From NCBI GenBank assembly GCA_029259535.1, contig JAPHEF010000002.1, positions 11,308 to 75,307 on the forward strand: 64,000 bases of DNA. Reading direction: 5' to 3'. Each line of letters opens with the position of its first letter. Position 1 is the stretch's first letter. Source of the DNA: Candidatus Alkanophaga liquidiphilum (GTDB taxonomy: Archaea; Halobacteriota; Syntropharchaeia; Alkanophagales; B39-G2). The notes below the pieces were generated by a model, which searched no databases, was not told the origin of the DNA, and saw nothing but the letters and a program-made list of their open reading frames with translations. This document shows, one piece after another, positions 1 through 8,470 of this stretch. The translations under genes and the position numbers were made by a program.

Positions 1-1
1 G

Positions 2-145
2 AAAGAAGTGAGCATTGAGCTTGAGACGCCAACGACTGTGAAAACGAGGGGTATGAGCGCAATGGCGAGCGTGAACATGAGCTTGCAGTCCGAGGATTAC
101 GTGGCGAGCATCCCGATAAGGATTGAAAAATCGGTCAAGTATTAG
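2..145 (+). CDS. 3' end of a hypothetical protein (partial, window edge)
   Basis: Open frame KEVSIELETP...PIRIEKSVKY ending in TAG at 143-145. Confidence 0.5.
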   Translation, partial: KEVSIELETPTTVKTRGMSAMASVNMSLQSEDYVASIPIRIEKSVKY

Positions 146-182
146 CGTGAGCTTCCGTCCTTTCCCCTACCCGGTTGCTGAT

Positions 183-270
183 GTATAACGTTTTGCGGAG
201 ATACGAAGTTCGGCTTTGCCGAATTTGGGCGTAGGTGCGAAGCACCGTAGCCGTATGTCCGCTGTTAGGC
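183..270 (-). mobile_element. attC-like integron cassette recombination site 1
   Basis: Bottom strand GCCTAAC-a-GCGGACATACG...CGTATCTCCGC-aaaac-GTTATAC; imperfect inverted repeat with inner hairpins, 8 nt after the hicA stop. Confidence 0.7.
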
Positions 271-278
271 GATGTTGC

Positions 279-511
279 TCATGCCCTTTCATAAGCTTCT
301 AAGAATTCTTCTCTTTTTATCCCTGCTTGCCGACAAATTACTCTTAGGGTTGAGCCTTTTATCCTCTCATGATTTGGCATTGTTAGGGGAGTTTTAGTTC
401 CATCAGGATTCCCTCTTATCATTGATATGCTTTCCAACTCTAACAACTTTAACCAAGGGCTTCAAATGCTTTTATAACCTTGCGGCTGGGTGCATCCCTT
501 GGAAATTTCAT
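279..511 (-). pseudogene. hicA: HicA-family toxin, two frameshifts
   Basis: Reconstructed MKFPRDAPSRKVIKAFEALG/KVVRVGKHI/SMIRGNPDGTKTPLTMPNHERIKGSTLRVICRQAGIKREEFLEAYERA; GxH motif. Confidence 0.75.
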
Positions 512-725
512 TATACTACCACTTCTGCAATGAATGTCTCCACAACTTCTTCGTCTTCAAAGACGTCCTTTCCAAAAGTTTCTATGTGGAATTTGATTGC
601 TGATTTTACGTTTTGTAGAGCTTCTTCGTATGTATCTCCCTCGCCAACCACCACTCCCTTTAAACCTACGGGATATAAGCTACGTATCCTTCCGGATGTT
701 TTTCAACTATGATTTTCAATTCCAT
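511..725 (-). pseudogene. hicB: HicB-family antitoxin, one frameshift
   Basis: MELKIIVEKHPEGYVAY/PVGLKGVVVGEGDTYEEALQNVKSAIKFHIE; GAGGTG RBS; TAATG coupling to hicA. Confidence 0.75.
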
Positions 726-847
726 GTTTACACCTCACTTTTATGGAACTATTAAGCCTTATAAGGGTATATCCACTTCTACCCAGTTGCCTTTAAATTC
801 AAGATGCACTTCTTGACAATCATTTTTCTCGCTCCCTTCGACATTCC

Positions 848-906
848 GCACAACGTTTTGCGGGTATGTGAGGTATGAGAGGGAACCGTATACCCGCCTG
901 TTAGAC
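848..906 (-). mobile_element. attC-like integron cassette recombination site 2
   Basis: Bottom strand GTCTAAC-ag-GCGGGTATACG...ATACCCGC-aaaac-GTTGTGC; same architecture as 183-270. Confidence 0.65.
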
Positions 907-914
907 GAAGTGTT

Positions 915-1063
915 TCATGCGAGCAAAATCTTTTCTGCCTCTTCCCTGTAAGCCTCCATTAGGGAATTCCTGAAATTTTCGCAGCCTCCTCGGTCAAAGC
1001 CATTAAGTCGCTGCGAGATATCGTTGAAATTTTGAAGTTTCTGCTGCCTGCCATTAATTGCTG
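915..1063 (-). pseudogene. 3' remnant of a glutamate synthase (FMN domain) paralog
   Basis: QQLMAGSRNFKISTISRSDLMALTEEAAKISGIP/MEAYREEAEKILLA* aligns with the C-terminus of 1068..2684 (KQLLAGVRKFKLDLIDRSDIAALSRLASEVTGIP). Confidence 0.8.
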
Positions 1064-1067
1064 CTAC

Positions 1068-2684
1068 TCATGACGTCAATATCTCCTCGAACAACTCCGC
1101 CTCGATTTCATGCATCATTGGTATCCCGGTGACTTCGGATGCGAGCCTGCTCAATGCCGCAATATCACTTCTATCTATCAAATCCAGCTTGAACTTGCGG
1201 ACGCCAGCGAGCAACTGCTTTAAGCCGAGTCCTATCCTCTCGCTAAGATATGTGTAAACACCAACCGCAGACCATGGTATTTCCTTACCTACCTTACTCC
1301 CATATTCATTTTTCAGCTCATCAGCGACGATAAAAAATCTCTCCGGGCTGGTGCCATATTTATCGGCGAAATCTCTCGGTAATCTGCCCTTTTCTGCGAG
1401 TTCCGTGAAATAGAGCGACTTCATCGCTGCCGTCAACGGCGACCTTCCCATTGTGATAGATTTCACGAAGGGTCCTTTGCCATTGTTTCCATCGAAATTG
1501 CTAAGCGCTATCGCCTTAAATATCTGCGTCTCGTTGATGAACCCGCCAGCCATGCTTATATCAGGCACGTATTTCCCCGCTCGCTCCAATATCCTTGCAC
1601 ACTTCAATACCTGCGCTTCTAAATATACGGTAGGCGTGCTCATCTCGTTCATCATCGGCACTGGACTCATACCTGTGCCGCCACCAGCGCCATCGAACGT
1701 TATATAATCCACTTTGGCTTCAGATGCCACTTTCATCGTCCATGCAACGTCCACAGGACGATAAGCCCCTGTTTTTATCGTTACGCATTTTGCTCCTATG
1801 CTACGAAGCCATTCAACATCTTCTACAAAACCGCGTTCCTCCGGGAATCCCACACGGCTGTGCCGCTCGAACGTCTTGAACAAGCCATCTTTGAACGCCT
1901 CTTGAACCACAGGGTCTTCAGGGTCTGGCAGCACAATATATCCTCTCTTCTTCAGTTCCAACGCCCTTTCAAGCGAAGATACGCGTATTTCTCCGCCTAT
2001 CGCCTTTGCTCCCTGCCCCCATTTCCTCTCTATTATATTCACTTCCAACTTGGACACCACATACTCATCCACACCGAACCTCTGGTCTTCTACATTTGTT
2101 TGCACCGCCACATCTCCGTATTTGCCGTCCCAGTATTCCTTGAAAAGTCTCACCCTCCGTTCCATCTCCGGCGATTTCGTCACTTTTCCGTTCGTGAATA
2201 CCGATTCTTTGTCAACACCGCAAACGTTCTCCCCGATAATTATTATTACTCCTGAGAGCGCAGCACCGATAGCAAGAGCATCCCAGTTGTTTCTTGCAAC
2301 ATCCGTAGACCCGAATGCGCCAGTTGCCAGCGGTATTTTCAACGGAATGCCCCCTATCTTCGATTCTATATCCACGTTATGGAACAAAGCGACATCCGGC
2401 TCCGGCTCGATGCCTTCTGCGCCTCGCAACCGCGAAAGGATGTTGAAGTCGGACCAATCGAGTCCATAATTCTTGTTCGACGCCGCAGTGCTCCATCCAA
2501 ACTGCTCTGGCTCCGGATACAATACCTCTCGTCCCCTGAACGCGCTCTTCCCGATTTCGCAGAGCACCGTGCACTCCTTCACGCATATCGGACACATCCC
2601 GCTCAGCGTATTCACGTCTCTCCTTCTCACGGACGTTCCCGTGGTGGACCTCGCATTCGCATATATGTCCGCCATTTCAATCAC
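1068..2684 (-). CDS. FMN-binding glutamate synthase family protein (archaeal GltB-like)
   Basis: GQGAKAIGGE, DGAGGGTG motifs; N-terminal CxxCxxxCxxxC cluster. Confidence 0.9.
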   Translation of the reverse strand: MIEMADIYANARSTTGTSVRRRDVNTLSGMCPICVKECTVLCEIGKSAFRGREVLYPEPEQFGWSTAASNKNYGLDWSDFNILSRLRGAEGIEPEPDVALFHNVDIESKIGGIPLKIPLATGAFGSTDVARNNWDALAIGAALSGVIIIIGENVCGVDKESVFTNGKVTKSPEMERRVRLFKEYWDGKYGDVAVQTNVEDQRFGVDEYVVSKLEVNIIERKWGQGAKAIGGEIRVSSLERALELKKRGYIVLPDPEDPVVQEAFKDGLFKTFERHSRVGFPEERGFVEDVEWLRSIGAKCVTIKTGAYRPVDVAWTMKVASEAKVDYITFDGAGGGTGMSPVPMMNEMSTPTVYLEAQVLKCARILERAGKYVPDISMAGGFINETQIFKAIALSNFDGNNGKGPFVKSITMGRSPLTAAMKSLYFTELAEKGRLPRDFADKYGTSPERFFIVADELKNEYGSKVGKEIPWSAVGVYTYLSERIGLGLKQLLAGVRKFKLDLIDRSDIAALSRLASEVTGIPMMHEIEAELFEEILTS

Positions 2685-3774
2685 CTGTTTGCAACGTAAA
2701 AGAATACGGATTGGTTAAACACGCTGAACAAATCCCCATCTGGTCTAGCATCATGCCGTAATTCCTCATCTTCTTATTAAAAGCGAGCCTTTCTATCTTT
2801 TTTATCCCCGCATCATCCAGCTTCTTCGTTTCTATTGCCCTTTTTGAAACACTTACGAGCTCCTCTCCCGCGTTTGTCTTGATTATTAATGAAGTGCATC
2901 CATCTGGCGAACCAGACGAGCCTGCGGAAACATCCGCAAGCTGTGCGGTGAAATCCTCGCATATCCTGCATGTGTCCCGCATGCAAAGTTCCAGTTCTTT
3001 AGTCGGAATACTGTGCTCTTCGTCCTTTGTAACCACCACGAATTTACCCTTTGAAACGCAAAACCTCTCTACCTCTTTGATGTTTATTCCCCGTTCTGCG
3101 AGGAACGCCACCAAATCACGATGCCAGAAAGCCTCGGTGCAGAAAAGTCCGATTAAGACCTTCACTCTGTCAAGCTCCAGAGCAGGGTCATGCAACGCCT
3201 GAAGCCTTCTCACCGCCTCTATATTACAGCCCGTGCCGACCATAGCGATATTTTCATACCCGCGGTCTATCGCCTCCCATACACCAAGAACAGAAGGACA
3301 GGCAGTGTATTTTGAACCCACGCCGCGCAAAACTTCTTCCGGTGTAGTGGCGACGAAAGGCTCCGCTTTCCAATCTTCTGTCCGCACAGCGACAACCGCA
3401 GCATCTATAAATCCTCTTTCCAACGCCTCACAAAGCATTGCAGTTATAGCACCGCCGTCCTGCCCCGCCTCTCTTACGCCTTTCTCTCTTGCTCTCGCAC
3501 TTATTATCTCTTTATAGTGTCCCAAGATTCGTCTCTCAGGACTGGATGCACGAGGGCTGAAATCACATACTTCCGTCCTCGGGCAATCCCCCTCACATAA
3601 ACGGCAAGCTGCGAATGAGCGGGGACAAAAACTGAAACAAAAGCCTTTTGACGCCGTCCCACCGCCGCAGCCCTTGTCAAACACCACTTCTTCCTCCTTA
3701 TACTTCTCGAAAGGTATGAACGCTGCACACGCACCACAGTAGCAGCACACTGGGAAGTTTCTAACGCTTGCCAT
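2677..3774 (-). CDS. FrhB-family F420-binding subunit with ferredoxin motif (putative F420H2-dependent glutamate synthase partner)
   Basis: GQDGGAIT, GSKY, VGTGC, IGLFC, CRICEDFTAQLADVSAG motifs; overlaps glutamate synthase start. Confidence 0.88.
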   Translation of the reverse strand: MASVRNFPVCCYCGACAAFIPFEKYKEEEVVFDKGCGGGTASKGFCFSFCPRSFAACRLCEGDCPRTEVCDFSPRASSPERRILGHYKEIISARAREKGVREAGQDGGAITAMLCEALERGFIDAAVVAVRTEDWKAEPFVATTPEEVLRGVGSKYTACPSVLGVWEAIDRGYENIAMVGTGCNIEAVRRLQALHDPALELDRVKVLIGLFCTEAFWHRDLVAFLAERGINIKEVERFCVSKGKFVVVTKDEEHSIPTKELELCMRDTCRICEDFTAQLADVSAGSSGSPDGCTSLIIKTNAGEELVSVSKRAIETKKLDDAGIKKIERLAFNKKMRNYGMMLDQMGICSACLTNPYSFTLQTGD

Positions 3775-3875
3775 TGACTTCCTTCCTCCTTTTTATCAAT
3801 ATTTCTCCTTGCCCTCCTTTTCATTTATATTAACTGCTGTATTTCCAATCAGGTATTAAGTGAAAATGGGCTTAA

Positions 3876-4110
3876 GTCAGCTGCTCCACCTAAAAGGGGT
3901 GGAGCTTGCCCGAATGCTAGGGCAACGAAGAGCTGACTAGGGGGCTCCGGAAGGAGCAGCCGCCCCGGGGGCTACAAGCACCTTGGAATGCATCAAACGC
4001 CCCAGTTCCAAGCACTGCTGGGCTTGGCAGGCTCGGTGTTGCCGTCGGGCAACTAAGCCGCCGGGGCAACCCCGAGGGGCACTAAACTCCTCATCGAGAG
4101 GAGGGTTATA
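3876..4110 (+). ncRNA. omegaRNA (HEARO-like) scaffold of IsrB
   Basis: GTCAGCT/AGCTGAC closing stem, GCTCCACC-TAAAAG-GGGTGGAGC hairpin, TTGCCC/GGGCAA, CTTGGAA/TTCCAAG, CTCCTC/GAGGAG stems directly upstream of the IsrB ORF. Confidence 0.8.
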
Positions 4111-5170
4111 CCGTGCAAAACCCAAGAGTTCCTGTAGTAGGGAAGGAAGGGAAGCCGAGGATGCCGACGAAGGCATCAAGGGCGAGGAGGTGGATCAAGC
4201 AAGGAAAAGCGATACCAAAGTGGTCAAAACTGGGAATATTCTATGTCCAGCTCACCGTGGCTGCGGGGGATGAAGCGCAGGATGTAGTGCTGGGATTAGA
4301 CCCGGGCTCAAGGTTTGATGGCGTTGCGGTAGTGTCCAAGAAAGAAGTGTTGCAAACAGGAATGCTTGAACTTCCAAAAGGCATAGCTAAAAAGATGGAA
4401 CAAAGAAGGCGGCAGAGAAGATTCCGCAGATACAGGAAGTGCAGAAGGCGCCCCTGTAGGTTCAACAATCGCAAACGCAAGGGAGGATGGATTGCGCCTT
4501 CGCAGAAGGCAAAGGTTGATTTTCGACTGAAAGTGGTAGAAGAGTTAAGAAAAATTTACCCAATTAGCAAAGCAGTAGTGGAGGATGTCAGATTCGACCA
4601 CTATCACAAGAGGGGGGGCAGGCACTTCTCCACCGTTGAAATAGGGAAGACCAAAGTGTATAACACGCTACGAGCTTGGTTTGGAGAGTTGGAACTCGTA
4701 GAAGGCATAGAAACAGCGAGGCTCAGAGAGAAATACAACGCCAAAAAAGCAAGAGATAAAAGAGAGCGCTCTATAAATTCACATGCCATAGATGCGTTGG
4801 TTATTGCGGCAAATGAGATAGGGTTAAAAAAACTAAAAGCGCCCTCATTCTTCGTCTGGAAACGGTATCAATATCCGAGAAGGCAACTCCATAAATTCCA
4901 GTTTGAGAAGGGAGGAAGAAGGAGGAGAGAAGGTGGAAGCATGAGCTTAGGTTTCAAGAAGGGAGACATCGTGTTATGGAAAGGCAAGTTAGCAAGGGTG
5001 GGTGGATATTTAGAATCCAAAGGAACAATTTCGCTGCATACTTTCGACGTGGACAACAAACGCTTTACGCAAAATGCAAAACCAGAGGATTGTATAAGGT
5101 TATTCAACCAGAGAATAATGTACACCGCAATTCCTCTCAGCTCTAAAGAGCTTCCTTGCGGCAGGAGGTT
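3876..5170 (+). mobile_element. Non-autonomous IS200/IS605-superfamily element carrying isrB and omegaRNA
   Basis: Left end GTCAGC..hairpin..GCTGAC; right end GCAATTCCTCTC-AGCTCT-AA-AGAGCT..GGAGGTT followed by GTGA; no tnpA. Confidence 0.8.
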
Positions 5171-5174
5171 GTGA
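4113..5174 (+). CDS. isrB: IsrB RNA-guided nickase (IscB family lacking HNH)
   Basis: PLMP-like PRMP, RuvC-I LGLDPG, Arg-rich bridge helix, RuvC-II VEDVRF, RuvC-III SHAIDA, no HNH, 353 aa. Confidence 0.9.
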   Translation: MQNPRVPVVGKEGKPRMPTKASRARRWIKQGKAIPKWSKLGIFYVQLTVAAGDEAQDVVLGLDPGSRFDGVAVVSKKEVLQTGMLELPKGIAKKMEQRRRQRRFRRYRKCRRRPCRFNNRKRKGGWIAPSQKAKVDFRLKVVEELRKIYPISKAVVEDVRFDHYHKRGGRHFSTVEIGKTKVYNTLRAWFGELELVEGIETARLREKYNAKKARDKRERSINSHAIDALVIAANEIGLKKLKAPSFFVWKRYQYPRRQLHKFQFEKGGRRRREGGSMSLGFKKGDIVLWKGKLARVGGYLESKGTISLHTFDVDNKRFTQNAKPEDCIRLFNQRIMYTAIPLSSKELPCGRRL

Positions 5175-5523
5175 AAATGGGGCATCTTCACTTTCTTCTC
5201 CCACCCATATTCTGTCGTAGTATCAACATTCGAAAAGATAGCCTCGTCAGGACCCGCTTCGCCTTCCAAGCCTTTCGCTCCCCTTGCATAGCCCTGAATG
5301 CTCAAGTGAGAGTAGTCCACAGGATATTCCTTATCTGCTCCCGCAGTTATCTCCCCAAAGGGCGTGGATACAACACCTCCCTTCCTCTGAACGATGCCAA
5401 CCAGACCTCACCTTTACAGCCGTCAATGCACCTTGTGCAAAGCCCGGACATCGGAACAACGTTCCTGGAACGATTGAACTTCCCTGTTGCATCATTAGCA
5501 TTCGGTCTTCTCAGATTTCCCAT
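5171..5523 (-). pseudogene. 5' remnant of a glutamate synthase paralog
   Basis: MGNLRRPNANDATGKFNRSRNVVPMSGLCTRCIDGCKGEVWLASFRGREVLYP/FGEITAGADKEYPVDYSHL...KVKM aligns with the N-terminus of 1068..2684; frameshifted and truncated. Confidence 0.85.
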
Positions 5524-5699
5524 CTTATTCACACCCTTAAACATTTCGCCCAACTCGTTCATATAAACGCTTCGTATATGTTCCAAATGACGACAAACGT
5601 CATAGCTTGGCAGTATATCTGAAGTCCCTTTTAAATAAGGATAAAACCACACACATCAGCACGCCGAGCATGAAGGGCGCTTACATCCATGTTGAGGCG

Positions 5700-5835
5700 A
5701 GTTCGTGGGTATATCTTGCGGTCAGGGGCAGCGTGCTCAGCCCGACGGGGGCGCAGCTCGTGCCGTGCTGCACACTCCCGAACCCCCAAAACTTCACGGT
5801 GGAAGCCTCCATCTTTAGACGAGGGAAGAGGCCAC
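5700..5835 (+). mobile_element. IS605/TnpB-type right-end remnant (omegaRNA-like), no tnpB ORF
   Basis: GGGGCAGCGTG..CAGCCCG tail and GAAGCCTCCATCTTTAGACGAGGGAAGAGGCCAC terminal hairpin resembling IS605 right ends. Confidence 0.5.
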
Positions 5836-5889
5836 ACTATCGCCAATCCTTAACAAAAGTTACATATGTAATTCCTTAAAAAGAAACTA

Positions 5890-6132
5890 ATGGGTGGGAA
5901 GATGTCTATGAGGGAGAAGGAGAAAGCGGAAGAATTGATGACCAACGCTGATTTTGCGTTAGATCTGATGTTAGGAATAGAAAGACTAGCAAGAGACTTG
6001 ACGAACAAATACAAAGATATGTTTCCAGAAGACCCTACCGAGAAAGCAAAAATATTTTGTTACTGCTTAATAGAGGGGGCATCAGCCAATATATCCAACA
6101 ATGTAAAATCCCTTGCAAGAAATCTAAAATGA
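5890..6132 (+). CDS. hypothetical protein (AT-rich islet)
   Basis: 80-aa ORF, low GC. Confidence 0.5.
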   Translation: MGGKMSMREKEKAEELMTNADFALDLMLGIERLARDLTNKYKDMFPEDPTEKAKIFCYCLIEGASANISNNVKSLARNLK

Positions 6133-6643
6133 CAAAAGGAGAAGAAGATTGAAACTGAGGAACACAGATTAATGAAGGAGGTAGTCGTAGGTGAATTAAG
6201 GAAATTAGGTTATTCTGATATATCCACAGAAGAAATTATCAAAAATGCCTATCCTACAATTTTTAAGCTCTCTATGGTTTAAAGAGCTATCAAGAGATTC
6301 AGAGTTGTTAAGAGTTCGAAAAATTCTGGGGGAGCCTGATAAACACGGCTCTAAATCGAGTAGACCTAAGGTTGATATAGTAGTGAAAGAAAATAACAGA
6401 TATCTGGCTTTTTTTGAAATAGAGCGGCAATTTTATCCGAAATTTTTTCATTTCGAGAAAAAACTAAAAGGTTTAGAAGTTGCGGCTATAAAAAATGATG
6501 CTCGGTTAGTTTTCGTTGTAAAAAGTAATAGAAGAAGTTTTTACAAACTTGCAGGAATAATCCTAGATGCAATTTGGAAAGTAGATTTAGAAGAAAAGAG
6601 GATAGCAGAGAAGATCGGTTGGGATGGTAGAAAAGAAATGTGA
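6129..6643 (+). pseudogene. PD-(D/E)XK-like nuclease-fold protein, probably frameshifted
   Basis: EHRLMKEVVVGELRKLGY segment in one frame, then KVDIVVKENNRYLAFFEIER in the 6245..6643 frame. Confidence 0.45.
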
Positions 6644-6932
6644 GCGCTGAGGTCGCCTGAACCACCATAACTCGCCGCACAGGCTCCACGCCTTCTTCCA
6701 CCTCAGCAATCCCAATGGCGGCTGTCGTTACGAGCATGCTCACTGATGTTACGATGATAGAAAACTGTGCGGCGATATGGCGTCGCTAAAAACAGCCACG
6801 CGTAACAAGCTCATAACTTTTTAAATTATTCGTCATATTTTTTGTAAACGTTATAAACTTTATTTGAAAGGGTTTGAAATAAATATTGAAGTCTCCGACA
6901 TTGCTTTTTGAGAAACTTCCACAGTAAAAGGG

Positions 6933-7271
6933 ATGGAGGAGTTGAGTTTCAGAGTGCGGCGGCGGCATCTTGACGTGCTGTTTGCGCTTGCATTCTCGTG
7001 CAGCTTCGGCGCACTCACGCTCACGCACTACTTGCTTGCAAATGGCTTTGTAGAGATGGGGCTGTTGGCAGGGCGTTTCTACATGTTCATAAGCTGGCTG
7101 TTCGCCGCACAATGGGCGTGCCTCTTTGCGATATACCTCGTGTTGAGAAGCGGGCGCTTCGTTCGTTCCGACGCCGACGCCGCCATCACGACGCTTTTCC
7201 CTATACTCCTTTTCTTCTTCTGCTTCGTAGATTTCTGGAACGACGTGCTTGTACTGCTTTTCTCATCCTAG
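6933..7271 (+). CDS. small membrane protein
   Basis: Three hydrophobic segments; AT-rich promoter upstream. Confidence 0.55.
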   Translation: MEELSFRVRRRHLDVLFALAFSCSFGALTLTHYLLANGFVEMGLLAGRFYMFISWLFAAQWACLFAIYLVLRSGRFVRSDADAAITTLFPILLFFFCFVDFWNDVLVLLFSS

Positions 7272-7313
7272 TTCGGAGCAGAGATGCTTGTTCTAATTCC
7301 TCAAAAGCTCACC

Positions 7314-8366
7314 TCAGAAAAACTTTCTCATCCGCTCCGCGACATCTTCGGGCATCGTCTCTATTACCCACTCGTAGTGGAATCTTTCCATGAAGCCAGT
7401 ATCGCTCGTGTAAAAAGCTCTGAATCTCGGTCTTGAGATGATTCTCGCATGTAACGAGTAATAATCTTCTTCACCGCCGTTGATGCTTCCGGAGAAGGTC
7501 GTGACGTTGAATGAGTTAACGCCGCTCTTCTTGTAGCAGCGCAGCACCCTAACGAGACACTCCGCAAAGTTCCTAATCTGCCGCTCGTTAAGGTTTGCGA
7601 GCGAGCTCACGCCCTTGAAAATCAGCATAACCTCGTTATTCCCGAGTGGCGCGAAGCTTGCGAGCGCCACGACGCCGTCGACACCGCTGCCAATTTCGCC
7701 TATAAACCTCTCACCGACGGCTTTCTCCTCCTCGACGAGCGCCGCCCAATAGTTTCTGCCAGCCCCCTCAAAGTATGTCCTACTGTTTTCCAGCAGCCTG
7801 CGCTGGAAGGGTGTCGGACGTTCTTCAACAAGCACTTGGACGTGCGGGTGTATGATGCTCGCCGCCGCCGACGGCAGGTGGTTCCAGTTCCAAATCGGGT
7901 ATTTTGCGCTCCTGTCGTATTTATAGACGGCGTTTACGAACGCGATGCTCGCTTTCAGGTTGCTTTCTATGATTTTCACGGAGAACTCATGCAGGTCGAG
8001 GAAGTGGTCTTCTGAGAACGTGACGACGGCATGATATTTTCCGAAGGGGAAGAGGTTAGGGAACGCACAGCTACTACCGACGACAATACGCCCCTCATAG
8101 AAACCCGTGAACTTAGGAGTGGCGCTCTTAAGCCGCTCAGGGCAGAAAAAGCAGCCCTCTCTCGTCCGCTTTATCATCTCATCTACTTCCTCTTCCGCCT
8201 CCTCAACCTGCTTCACCCTTTTCGAGCGAGCCACGTTTATCCGGCACTCCACGCCGGTAAAAGCATCTCTACGGTATTCTATTTCATGCTCATCGGCAGC
8301 AAATCCACGCAGCGGACTTAAAAACCTTGCTACTCTTACTAACTTTTCCTTTCCAGAACCTGTCAT
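7314..8366 (-). CDS. galT: galactose-1-phosphate uridylyltransferase family (HIT)
   Basis: CFFC, FPNLFP, AAASIIHPHVQ motifs. Confidence 0.85.
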   Translation of the reverse strand: MTGSGKEKLVRVARFLSPLRGFAADEHEIEYRRDAFTGVECRINVARSKRVKQVEEAEEEVDEMIKRTREGCFFCPERLKSATPKFTGFYEGRIVVGSSCAFPNLFPFGKYHAVVTFSEDHFLDLHEFSVKIIESNLKASIAFVNAVYKYDRSAKYPIWNWNHLPSAAASIIHPHVQVLVEERPTPFQRRLLENSRTYFEGAGRNYWAALVEEEKAVGERFIGEIGSGVDGVVALASFAPLGNNEVMLIFKGVSSLANLNERQIRNFAECLVRVLRCYKKSGVNSFNVTTFSGSINGGEEDYYSLHARIISRPRFRAFYTSDTGFMERFHYEWVIETMPEDVAERMRKFF

Positions 8367-8470
8367 TTTCTCCCCTCTTTTATATAAGGACAGAACTTAA
8401 GGATGTTTAAACGATGTATAAAAAATTGCGTTTTTCGGCAAACTTTATATAATACATCCTAAATTTTTCA

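Noticed and set aside
422-712. 96-aa plus-strand ORF
   Set aside because: Antisense shadow of hicB/hicA
4113-5174. Cas9/IscB call
   Set aside because: No HNH domain, no CRISPR array, and the size fits IsrB
6645-6815. Minus-strand hydrophobic fragment resembling a signal peptide
   Set aside because: Too short and frameshifted to assign
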